Assembly (NCBI GenBank): GCA_963760795.1
Contig: CAVXEP010000003.1
Location: 196,179 to 260,178, forward strand
Origin: an uncultured delta proteobacterium
Lineage (GTDB): Bacteria; Desulfobacterota; Binatia; UBA9968
Length of the DNA stretch: 64,000 nt
Direction: 5' to 3'
The notes beneath the pieces were generated by a model. It was not told the origin of the DNA, did not search any database, and was given only the letters and a program-made list of their open reading frames with translations. Below are positions 53,291 through 62,866 of the stretch, one piece after another. A program made the translations under genes and the position numbers. Each line of letters begins with the position of its first letter. The first letter of the stretch is position 1.

Positions 53291-55087
53291 TCAGTCGAGC
53301 TGGTCGGCTGCGGCCCGCTCTGCCGGGGTGAGCGGAGCCGGGGCGAGGCTGGCGACCCACGAGGGAGCGAAGAGCTTGAGGTAGTCCGGCGACGGGCGGT
53401 TGAGCGTGCGGTCCGTGGGCCGGACTCCGCGGTCGCCGGATGTCCCCATCCAGAGCAGGGTTCCGTAGGGGAGATCGAGGCGGGGGAGCTGACTGCGTCC
53501 GGTCGGCGCGTCGAAGCTGGGGTTGCTGACGTCCTTCGTGTACGAGCGGCCGGCGAGTTGCGTCAGCGCTGCCTGCCAGGACGCGGCGACGCCGGGTTCG
53601 CCCGGCGCGGCGAGGTCGATGACATCCAGCCCCGCCGGCGCCACGTGCGGCGCGAGCCGGCGGGCGCCTCGTCCCATCGCGACGAGTGCCGTAACGCCGC
53701 TGTTCTGCGCGGCGAGACGGCGGAGCAGCTCGCGGTGCAGAGCCTGGACCTGGGGGTGGTCCACGAGGGCGTCGCGTTTCGCGGCGGTGAGATCGAGCGT
53801 GTCCACCGGCAACGTGCGGATGATCAGATAGCGGCGCGTGAGCCCGGCGGCGTCCAGGAAGCCCTGGAAGCGTTGGCCCGCGTCGCCGGAGAGGGCGCGG
53901 GCGGTGAAGACGTCGTCGTGGGACGTCTGGTCCGCGAGGACGATCAGGCTGAGCTGGCGGAAACGGCCGCGGTAGATCGGCCCGACGCCGAACGAAGCGT
54001 GAGATTTGACGCCGAGCGATTCGAAGTTCGGCCACGCGAAGCCGGACTCGCCGCCGAGCAACAGTCGCGCGAGGTTGCTGGGCGGACCGGGGTCGAACGC
54101 CTTCGGTTTGGCGCGGGGCGGCTCGTAGGGAAGCTCGCCGGGACTGTCCTCGTAGCCCTCGCGGCTGCCGCCGGCCGTCGAGGGATCGCTGAGTCGAGCG
54201 CCGGCCGCGTTGTACTTGCCGGCGGCGGAGAACAGCCGAATGCCGCGTTGCGCGTCGCTGCGGTTGCTCGACGTGCCGCCTCGACCGAGGCGGGGGCAAA
54301 CCCCGAACGGAAAGTCGCGGAAGGGGATCGGCGCCGACGAGTACTGGTACGGGGCGTTGAGGTTGCGCGGCACGCCGGGATCGGCAGGGAGCCAGCCGGC
54401 ATCGTCGTCGATCCAGTCCTTGATCAGCGCGACCGCTCGGCGGAAGTCGGCCTTGATCGCCGCCGTCCCGCCGCCGGTGCTGGCGCCGCCGGGGTGGAGC
54501 ACCCCGACCAGCCGCAGCCGATTCGGCAGTGAGCCGAGCGATGCCTGGTGCAAGCGGTCGGGATCGGCCGAGCCGCCGTGCGCCTTCACCCAGGTGGCGA
54601 TCGACTCCTTCGCAGCGCGGCCGACAGCGACCACGAGTCGCCCGTCGCCGTCGACGACCGCCTTGTCGAGGATCCGATGCCGGTGCGTGACGATCGGCGA
54701 GCGGGAATCCTGCGCGAGCGGCCGCAGTGCGGGGGTGTACTGCCCGAAGATCGGGTAGACGAACGAGTTCAGGAACAGGTAGGAGCGGTCGAGGCCGATG
54801 TGGCGCAGGAAGTGCTGCATGCGCGCGCCCGTGCCGCCGGTGAACGAACGGTGCGAAAGCGACTCGTCCTGCGCGCCCTCCTGCCCGACGAGCACGACCC
54901 TCGCCGAGCCGTCGAGCCGGCCGCGGAAGAACATGGGCCCGTGGTGCCAGCGAAACGCCTCCTTCCCGAGCACCGCGCGACCGAGGCCGCGGTAGTTCGG
55001 GGTCTCCGCAAAGAGCTCCGCCCAGCCGCTCGTCGCCGGGGGGCCGGGATCGTGCTCCCACATGTCGCCTCGCAGGTCTGCCACCAC
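53291..55087 (-). CDS. protein with two tandem uracil-DNA-glycosylase-superfamily domains
   Basis: Domain 1: RGRLDG.ARVVLVGQEG..DE....F.G.TG.R...FL..IG, then VLHPG. Domain 2: YRGRF....LIVLADQ...DD.....L.G.AG.R...FL.AAG. AAGGAGG RBS before GTG 55087. Confidence 0.75.
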   Translation of the reverse strand: MVADLRGDMWEHDPGPPATSGWAELFAETPNYRGLGRAVLGKEAFRWHHGPMFFRGRLDGSARVVLVGQEGAQDESLSHRSFTGGTGARMQHFLRHIGLDRSYLFLNSFVYPIFGQYTPALRPLAQDSRSPIVTHRHRILDKAVVDGDGRLVVAVGRAAKESIATWVKAHGGSADPDRLHQASLGSLPNRLRLVGVLHPGGASTGGGTAAIKADFRRAVALIKDWIDDDAGWLPADPGVPRNLNAPYQYSSAPIPFRDFPFGVCPRLGRGGTSSNRSDAQRGIRLFSAAGKYNAAGARLSDPSTAGGSREGYEDSPGELPYEPPRAKPKAFDPGPPSNLARLLLGGESGFAWPNFESLGVKSHASFGVGPIYRGRFRQLSLIVLADQTSHDDVFTARALSGDAGQRFQGFLDAAGLTRRYLIIRTLPVDTLDLTAAKRDALVDHPQVQALHRELLRRLAAQNSGVTALVAMGRGARRLAPHVAPAGLDVIDLAAPGEPGVAASWQAALTQLAGRSYTKDVSNPSFDAPTGRSQLPRLDLPYGTLLWMGTSGDRGVRPTDRTLNRPSPDYLKLFAPSWVASLAPAPLTPAERAAADQLD

Positions 55088-55174
55088 TGCCCTCCTTGCC
55101 GCGCTCGATCGTACGCCACCGGGATCGCCCGGTCGAATCGGTTCGCGCGTTCGTCGGGCCGGCGCGACACGCCG

Positions 55175-55193
55175 TAGACTCGGTGACAGGAGG
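55175..55193 (+). promoter_or_regulatory. -10 box (TAGACT) and RBS (AGGAGG) of the amidohydrolase gene
   Basis: Motifs lie directly upstream of TTG 55199 in the divergent intergenic region. Confidence 0.5.
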
Positions 55194-55198
55194 AGCCC

Positions 55199-56608
55199 TT
55201 GGCCGAATCGTCCGATCCCGAGCAGAGCCTCTTCGAGGCCGCCTACAGCGCCACGGTCGCCGAGGCGATCGCGCCGCCGGCACGCGGAGAGATCGAGCTC
55301 GCCCCCCGTGCCGCCCCCACCGAGGCGGTTGCGCTCCGCGGCTACGTCCTGACGCCGACTCAGGCGATCGAGAACGGCTATGTCGTCATCGGTCCGGGCA
55401 AGGAGATCAAGGCCGTCCAGACGGCGAAACCGCAGGGCGTGCGGGTTCACGACACGGGTGGCGTGATCCTGCCCGGCCTGATCGACCTCCACGGCCACCC
55501 GGAGTTCAACATCTTCGCCGCCTGGGAGCCGCCGAGGCAGTTCGCCGAATCGCTACTCCTGGCGCGGCTCGCGAGCTCTACAAGGAGCTCGTGCGCGGCC
55601 CGCAGAACCGGCTCCTGCAGGAGCTGCCGGCGAAGACGCAGCTGCGCTACGCCGAGATCCGCGCACTGGTCGGCGGGGTGACGGCGATCCAGGGCACTGG
55701 CGGGCAGGCCACGAGCTACCAGGACGAGGCGCTCGTCCGCAACGTCGACAAGTGGATCTTCGGCGGCCAGGTCGGCCGGTCGATGATCGACCTGCCCTCC
55801 GGCGCACTGCGGCAGCCGGAGCTCGACTCGATCCTGACGGGGATCGCCGCCGGCGAGGTCAAGGCCTTCTACATCCACCTGGCCGAGGGCCGTTCCGACA
55901 ACGAGCGCTCGAAGGGGGAGTTCGACCGGCTCGTCGAGCTGAACGCGCTCACCGTCGGACCGTGTCATCCACGGCACCGCGCTGACGAAGGACCAGCTCT
56001 GGCGACGTGAAGGACGCGGGCGCCAAGCTCGTCTGGTCGCCGCAGTCGAACCTGCGCCTCTACGGCGAGACCACCAGAGCCGCCGACGCGCTCGAGCTCG
56101 GGCTGCCGTCGGGCTCGGCGCGGACTGGCTGCCGAGCGGCTCGACCAGCCTGCTCGCCGAGCTCAAGGTCGCCCGCCGCGACCTCGTCGACCAGGGGCCA
56201 GGCCGACGGCCAAGAAGCTCGTCGACATGGTGACCCGCGACGCCGCCGAGCATCGCCGGGCTCGAAGACAAGCTCGGCACGCTGAAGGAGGGCCGTCCGG
56301 CCGACCTCGTGGTGCTCGAGCGCCGCGAGGAGGACCCGTGGGAGAACGTCGTCGAGGCCGACCCCGGCTGGGTCGAGCTGGTCATGATCGACGGCGACCT
56401 CGCCTACGGTCGCGCCGACTGGCTCGAAGCGCTCGACCGATCCCGCTGCGCCGAGGGCCTCGAGCCGCTCATCGCCTGGGGCAAGCGGATGCTGCTCGAC
56501 ACGAGCTACGCGGCCAGCCCGGGCAGCTCGACGGCACCGACGAGGCTCGCCAAGCTGCGCGCCGACCTGATCAAGGAATACCCGCAGGTCGGCCCGATCT
56601 TCGCCTAG
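55199..56608 (+). CDS. metal-dependent amidohydrolase, nucleoside/nucleobase deaminase type (frameshifted)
   Basis: PGLIDLHGH (HxH), IHLAEG (HxxE), IHGT, WSPQSNL.LYG.T, GADW.PSGS, G.L..G..ADLVV across frames. Confidence 0.85.
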
Positions 56609-56624
56609 CAGCCGGCGACGCGGC

Positions 56625-57626
56625 TTACGCGAGCATCGTCTCGGGATCCTTCTCCGGCAGGGGGAAGTCGCCCTTTGGCGGCTCGGGCGGCTTCGGCGTC
56701 CAGCCCTCGACCAATCCCTGGATGAACGCGCACCGCTTGGGACTCGACTTCTCGAGGCGGGGCCTGTCGAGGAAGTACAGCATCACGCTCTCCGCGAGAT
56801 CCTCGCCGGCGCTCGTCTGGCCGTAGTCGGTCGGCGGCGGCTCCGCGTCCTTCTTGCCGCTTGCGGTGTCCGCGTCGCGCCAGTAGTCGAACGTCTTCAC
56901 CCAGTCGGCCTCGGCGTAGTCGAAGATCCCGTGCGCGATCTCGTGGACGGCGGTGCCCTCGATCTGCTTGTCGAGGTCGGCGAAGTCGGGCGTGGCCGTC
57001 TCGCCGTGCTTGTACATGGCGAACGTCTGGTAGCTCCCGAAGTAGGTCCCCATCACCGACGGCTTCCAGACCGTTTTTCCCTCCTTGACGCCGAGCCTCG
57101 TCTCGAGCTTGCCGATGGCGACGAGCTCCTGGGGGGCGGCGGCGCGGGTCGAGAACGCCCGTGCTGCTCCGAGCACACGGGAGAAGTGCTTGAGCGCCCG
57201 CTCGACCGCCCGCAGCTCGCGGTAGAGCCACGGCCGGGTCTTGATCTTGTCGAGCATCGCCTTCGGGGCCGACTTGTTGCCGCCCTTGAGGGCTTTCATC
57301 GCCTTGAGCGACGAGACGTCGATGCCGTAGCTCGACGAGATGTTCTTGATGATCCGCGCGGCGTCCTTCTCCTCGGCCTCGCTCGCGACGATCACCTTCT
57401 CTCCCGCCACGGTGGCCTCGTAGGTCTTCGCGCCGAAGAACATGCCCACGCGATCCCAGAACGTGGGCGCGCGCTGCATCAGGCCGGCGACGGCCTGGTT
57501 GCCAGCGGCTTGCTGGAGGGCGAGGACGTTGGCGGTGGCTGAGGGGACCGGTGCGGCCGTCGATACGCGTGGCGCGTCGACGGCCTGCTCTTGGCCGTGC
57601 TCTCGACCGCTCACCGAGCCGGACAC
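56625..57626 (-). CDS. HEXXH zinc metalloprotease-like protein, copy B
   Basis: VHEIAH plus YG.TSAGEDLAES; N-terminal LALQQAAGNQAV. Confidence 0.8.
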   Translation of the reverse strand: MSGSVSGREHGQEQAVDAPRVSTAAPVPSATANVLALQQAAGNQAVAGLMQRAPTFWDRVGMFFGAKTYEATVAGEKVIVASEAEEKDAARIIKNISSSYGIDVSSLKAMKALKGGNKSAPKAMLDKIKTRPWLYRELRAVERALKHFSRVLGAARAFSTRAAAPQELVAIGKLETRLGVKEGKTVWKPSVMGTYFGSYQTFAMYKHGETATPDFADLDKQIEGTAVHEIAHGIFDYAEADWVKTFDYWRDADTASGKKDAEPPPTDYGQTSAGEDLAESVMLYFLDRPRLEKSSPKRCAFIQGLVEGWTPKPPEPPKGDFPLPEKDPETMLA

Positions 57627-57694
57627 TTCGAGAGGAGTCTTCTCGCCGCGGAGCGGTCTGTCAACGGTCCGTGATTCCTGGGCCGACAGGCGGC

Positions 57695-58144
57695 TCAGCG
57701 GATCCGCTCGGGCGGCTCCTTGTAGATGCGGGTGCGGTACTCGTCGAGGGTCGTCGGCGGGAAGATCTCGACGATCTCGACGTGCTCGCCGTCAGTGGCG
57801 AACGCGACGCCCTGATCGGGATAGACGAGCAGGGAGGAGTCCTCGCCGGTGCGGGAGCTGAGCGTCGCCGCCGGCTCGCCCAACGCCTGGCGCAGCTCGT
57901 CCGGATCGTCGTCGGCGAGCGCGCTTCGCGGGATGTAGATGATCGCCAGGTCGTCGCCGCGAAAGAAGAAATGGCCGGGAAACGCGCTCGGCTGGTAGAG
58001 GGCGTCGACGCCGTCGAGCCGCTCGTACGCCACATCCGGATCGACTCCGCTCTCGTCGATTCCGAAGCGATCCTGCACCTGCTCTCTCGTCAGCTCCCGG
58101 AGCGCGAGCAGTTCGTCGAGCTCGTAGCCGGCGATGCGCGTCAC
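57695..58144 (-). CDS. acidic hypothetical protein translationally coupled to protease copy A
   Basis: GTG start overlaps the stop of copy A (GTGA); 149 aa, rich in Asp/Glu. Confidence 0.75.
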   Translation of the reverse strand: MTRIAGYELDELLALRELTREQVQDRFGIDESGVDPDVAYERLDGVDALYQPSAFPGHFFFRGDDLAIIYIPRSALADDDPDELRQALGEPAATLSSRTGEDSSLLVYPDQGVAFATDGEHVEIVEIFPPTTLDEYRTRIYKEPPERIR

Positions 58145-59141
58145 GCGAGTGCGGTCTCGGGATCCGGATCCGGCAGGGGAAAGTCGCCCTTCGGCGGCTC
58201 GGGCGGCTTCGGCGTCCAGCCCTCGACGAGTGCCTGGATGAACGCCGCCCGTAGCGGGCACTTCTTCTCCAGCTGCGGCCGATCGAGGAAGTACAGCATC
58301 ACGCTCTCCGCGAGATCCTCGCCGGCGCTCGTCTGGCCGTAGTCGGTCGGCGGCGGCTCCGCGCCCTTCTTGCCGCTTGCGGTGTCGGCGTCGCGCCAGT
58401 AGTCGAACGTCTTGACCCAGTCGCCCTCGGCGTACTGGAAGACCCCGTGGGCGATCTCGTGGGTGGCGGTGCCCTCCATCTCCTTCTCGACGGTGGCGAA
58501 CACCGGCCTGGCCGTCTCGCCGTGCTTGTACATCGCGAACGTCTTGTCGGCGGTGAAGTACGTGCCGAGGACGGTCGGCTTCCAGACCGTCTTGCCCGCC
58601 TTGACGCCCAGCCGCGTCTCGAGCTTCCCGACGGCGAGGATCTCCTGGTCCGCCTTCGCTCGCGTCGACAACAGGCGTCTGAGGCCGAGAATGGGCGCGA
58701 AATGACCGAGCGCCCGCTCCAGGGCCTTCAGCTCCTTGAAGAGCCAGGGTCGGGTCTTGATCTTGTCGAGCATCGCCTTCGGGGCCGACTTGTTGCCGGC
58801 CTTGAGGGCCTTCATCGCCTTCAGCGAGGAGACGTCGACGCCGTAGTCGTCGGTGATCCGCTTGATGATCGCGCCGGCCTCCTTCTCCTCGGCTTCGCTC
58901 GCGACCATCACCTTCTCGCCGGCGACGGTGGCTTCGTAGGTCTTCGCGCCGAAGAACATGCCGACGCGATCCCAGAAGGTCGGCGCGCGCTGGATCAGGC
59001 GTGGCGACCGCCGGTTGCCGGCGGCCCGCTGGAGCGCGACCAGGTCGGCCGCGCCGGGCGCGACTGCGGCTTCCGAGCGGCGCGGGCGGGCTCCCGGCCG
59101 GCCGTCTGCCGGGGCTCCCGGTCGTGCTGGGGAGCGGACAC
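58141..59141 (-). CDS. HEXXH zinc metalloprotease-like protein, copy A (N-terminus frameshifted)
   Basis: THEIAH plus YG.TSAGEDLAES; LVALQRAAGN leader; paralogue of 56625-57626. Confidence 0.8.
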
Positions 59142-59236
59142 GACTCGAGTCTCCCGAGTGCCGGCCGGGCTGTCAACCGCACCCGCCGGAGTGAGGTTCG
59201 ACCGTGGGAGGGCTGAGCTAAGCTGACTGAGGCGCG

Positions 59237-59743
59237 ATGATCGAGATGGTCATCTACGGGGTCAGCTTCGACCTGGTCGGCAAGCAGCCGATCGTGCTGC
59301 TGAAGACCGCTGACGGGAACAAGTTCCTGCCGATCTGGATCGGCCATCCCGAGGCGGCGGCGATCCTGATGAAGCTCCAGGGGGCGTCCACCCCGCGGCC
59401 GATGACGCACGACCTCGTGGCCGACATGCTCGAGCAGCTCGACGCCCAGGTGACCCGGATCACCGTCACCGAGCTGAAGGAGAACACGTTCTACGCGAGC
59501 ATCACCGTGGCGCAGAACGGCTCCGAGATCGAGATCGACTCGCGGCCCTCCGACGCGATCGCGCTCGCCGTCCGCGCCGAGGCCCCGATCTACGCGAACG
59601 AGCGCGTGATCGAGGAGTCGGCGATCGAGTTCGAGGGCGAAGAGGTCAACGAGGAGGAGATCGTGGACGAGTTCCGCAAGTTCCTCGACGACGTCTCGCC
59701 CGACCAGTTCGCCGTCGAGGAAGACGACGGCGAAACCCGCTAG
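59237..59743 (+). CDS. bifunctional nuclease family protein (DUF151)
   Basis: PIVLL, LPIWIG..EA.AI, RPMTHDL, IDSRPSDAIALA.R. Confidence 0.93.
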   Translation: MIEMVIYGVSFDLVGKQPIVLLKTADGNKFLPIWIGHPEAAAILMKLQGASTPRPMTHDLVADMLEQLDAQVTRITVTELKENTFYASITVAQNGSEIEIDSRPSDAIALAVRAEAPIYANERVIEESAIEFEGEEVNEEEIVDEFRKFLDDVSPDQFAVEEDDGETR

Positions 59744-60380
59744 ATCGCCACTGAAACGGTCAGCGCGAAGCCGTTGAAGGCGGCGTGCAGGAGGATCGGC
59801 GGGTAGACGCTGTCCGTGCGCTCCCGCAGGAACGCCAGGCCCATTCCGAACAGCGCCAGGATCGGCAGCGCCTCGATCAGCCCGTGCGCGAGACCGAACG
59901 CGACGCCGACCCCGACGATCGCCGAGGCCATCCCGTAGGGCCGGAGCAGGCTGTAGCCCAGGCCGCGATAGGTGAGCTCCTCGACGAGGGGCGCGATCGC
60001 CGACGACGACGATCGTGTTGGCGGCGAACGCGGCAGCGCGGTCGGCGTCCCAGCCGGACGGCGTCAGGCCCTGCTCCTCGCCGGCGTCGAGGAAGGGGTC
60101 GAGCGCGGCACCGACGATCAGCACGAGCACGAAGACGCGAAGCGCCCAGCCGAGCGCCCGGGCCCAGGACGCCGGCGGCCGCAGCGCGAGCAGCTCCCGC
60201 GCCGGGCGCGCCGCTCGCGATCAGCAGCACGAGGCCGAGCACGAACGCGTAGACGATCGCGGCCGAGGCGGCGGTGCCCCACTGGTAGAGCGCGTCCTCC
60301 GGCGGGCGCCCTCCCGCGGCGCGGCTCGAGTACGCGAGCAGGGCGAGCACGCCAACCAGCACCCACCACCACGTCAGCCG
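59740..60380 (-). CDS. CPBP (CAAX/Abi) intramembrane metalloprotease (frameshifted)
   Basis: APLVEELTYRG, FGLAH, HAAFN motifs. Confidence 0.85.
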
Positions 60381-60399
60381 GCGGGGATCGCCGCCGGGT

Positions 60400-61651
60400 C
60401 TACGCCACCCACTGCCACAGGGCCCACTGTGCCACCGAGACGCCCAGGAGCAGCGCGCTGACCGCCACGATCGCCGTGTGGACGCGCCCGTTTCGGCCGA
60501 GCCAGGCGAGCGCGAGGAAGAACGGAAACACGACGAGGCCGAATCGCGGCAGCGACAGCAGCGGCCAGCGCTCGCTCGGCACGCTGAGCGGGATCGCCAG
60601 GCTCGCCGCGCAGAAGAGCCCGTACGGCGCGCCGAACCGGCGCCAGGCGACGACGGTCAGCAGCGACGAAGCAGCGCGAGGTAGGCGAGCCCCTGCAGGT
60701 TGAGCGCGGCGACACGATCGGGGTCGCTGTTCTGGACGGCGCTCCAGTAGACGTGGGCGTCCGACCCCGAGGCCAGCTGCCGGACTCCGGCCCAGCCGGC
60801 ACGGAGCCCGTCCCAGATCCCGCCGAGCGGCCCGACCGGCGAGAGGTGCCGCGTCCAGATGTCCTGCGCGCGCATGAACGCCCACGGGTCGCCGACCTCG
60901 CGCCAGAGGTACAGCGGGTAGAGCGCGAAGATGGCCGGCGCCGACCGCCAGCGACGCGAGCGCGCGCCCTCGCTGCGGTGAGCGCCAGGCGAGCAGCGCG
61001 AGCGCCGGGCAGGAGTGCGAAGCCCGCCGGCCGCGTGAGCAGCGCCAGCCCGGTCAGCGCGCCCGCTCCGAGGAAGCGGCCCACGCTCGGCGGCGAGGAA
61101 CGCGCCGAGCGTGAGCAGCAGGAAGAGCGCCTCGCTGTAGACGGCCTGCAGGAAGAAGGCCATCGGGAAGACGGCGAGGTAGAGGACGGCGCGGCGGGCG
61201 CCCTCCGCTCCGAGCCGGCTCTCGGCGAGGCGGTAGAGCAGCACGAACGCGCCGAGCGCGGCCGCCAGCGAGACGAGGATGCCGGCGGTCACGTAGTGGC
61301 CGCCCGAGCGCCCGCCCGCGCCAGGCCGACCGCGGCCGGGTACGCGGGATAGAAGGCCGCGGCGGCCCGCTCGACCGAGCCGTAACCGTCCTCGGCGATG
61401 CGCAGGAACCAGACGCTGTCCCAGCGGGCCCAGACGTCGGTCAGCAGCCCGAGATCGCGGGTGACGGCGGGGTCGTCCCACTCGTCGGCCCGCGGGTGGC
61501 GGTTCGGCTCGAAGACGAGCAGCGCGAAGACCGCGGCCGCCCAGATCGCCGCACGGCTCCAGAGGAAGATCTCGACCGCGGGACTGAGGCCGCGGCCGGC
61601 CGCCGGAGCCGAGCTTCGGACGGCCTCCGAGCCCGTTGAGCGACGTCCCAC
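60400..61651 (-). CDS. GT-C mannosyltransferase-family membrane protein (PIG-V-like, frameshifted)
   Basis: WARWDSVWFLRIA..GY, AFYP.YP, FP..FFL.AVYSEALF, TRP.G, SLPRF....FP. Confidence 0.82.
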
Positions 61652-61689
61652 GGCGCCCGATCCTAGATGCGGCGTATAGCTCCAGGCCC

Positions 61690-62103
61690 GTGGCGCCGCG
61701 CTACTTCACCGCTCGAGCAGGCGAACGCGGCCCTCGCCGAGGTGCGACCACTGGCCGAGCGGATGGTCGCTCACCGCGCCAAGGTCGCCGAGCTGCTCGA
61801 GCCGCCGCGCCGGGCTCACGACCACGATCGCCGGCAACGGCGGCGACCTCGACCCCGGCGAGCTGGCGCGGGTCGAGGCCGAGATCGCCGAGCAGGCGAA
61901 GGGAGTCGCCCGCTGCGTGAACGAGATCCACGGCCTCGGCGCGCAGGTCAAGGACGCCGACGAGGGGCTGGTCGACTTCCCGGCGCTCCGCGGCGGCGAG
62001 GAGATCCTCCTCTGCTGGAAGCTCGGCGAGGACGAGATCGCGCTTCTGGCACGACCTCGAGCAGGGCTTCGCCGGCCGCCGGCCGCTCGACGACGAGCTC
62101 TAG
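61690..62103 (+). CDS. DUF2203 family protein (frameshifted)
   Basis: FT.EQAN, VKD...GLVDFP, LCWKLGE..I.FWH....GFAGRRPL. Confidence 0.85.
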
Positions 62104-62128
62104 GAGCACTCACGCCCACCGTCGAAAG

Positions 62129-62866
62129 ATGGAACCCGTGGAGTGGGAGCGGATCATCACCGCCGCGGTCGTCATCGTCGTCACGCTGCTCGCCGCGCGG
62201 CTGATCGACCGGCGCATGGCGCGACGCGGAGCTGGCGCCCGAGGCGGTCACGCGCTACCGCGTGCTGCGCCGGAGCGTGACGGCTGCGATCGTCGCCGTC
62301 GGCATCCTCTCGGCGCTGCTCGTGATCCCGCAGGTGCGCGCGGTCGCGGGCGCGATCCTGGCCTCGGCCGCGGTGATCGGCCTCGTGCGTCGGCTTCGCG
62401 GCCCAGAAGACGCTCGGCAACTTCATCGCGGGGCTGCTGATCGCGTTCACGCCAGCCGCTGCGGATCGGCGACCAGGTCGAGGTGGACGGGACGGCCGGC
62501 GTCGTCGAGGAGATCGGGCTGACCTACACGTTCATCCGCACGCGGGACGACGTCAGGCTCGTGATCCCGAACGAGAAGCTGGCCTCGGATACCATCAAGA
62601 ACGCTTCCATCGTCAGCCGCGACAAGCTGGCCCAGGTGACTCTCAACGTGCCTCTCGACAAGGATCTGTCCGCCGCGGTCGACGCACTCCGCGGGCTGGT
62701 CGACGACGCGCCGCGAGGCGCCGTGCTCGTGAGCGAGCTCGGTAGCGACAAGGCGGTCATCACCGTGCGCGCCTCGGCGGACGACGCGGCCGCCACCGAG
62801 CAGCTCGAGAGCGAGCTACGGCTCCAAGCGCACGAGCGTCTCCGGACGGCGGGAGTGCTCGCGTGA
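62129..62866 (+). CDS. small-conductance mechanosensitive channel MscS family (frameshifted)
   Basis: GFAAQKTLGNFIAG, P.RIGDQV, G.VEEIGLTYT.IRT.D....IPN. Confidence 0.85.

Noticed and set aside
59190-59200. ggttcga as an attR copy of tRNA-Ile bounding an island at 53.3-59.2 kb
   Set aside because: Only 7 bp match and there is no integrase, so island status is unsupported.
53217-60130. Long alternative ORFs (53217-55283, 688 aa; 57695-60130, 811 aa)
   Set aside because: These are Arg/Pro/Gly-rich shadow frames of GC-rich genes; the 811-aa ORF is stitched through several real genes by indels.
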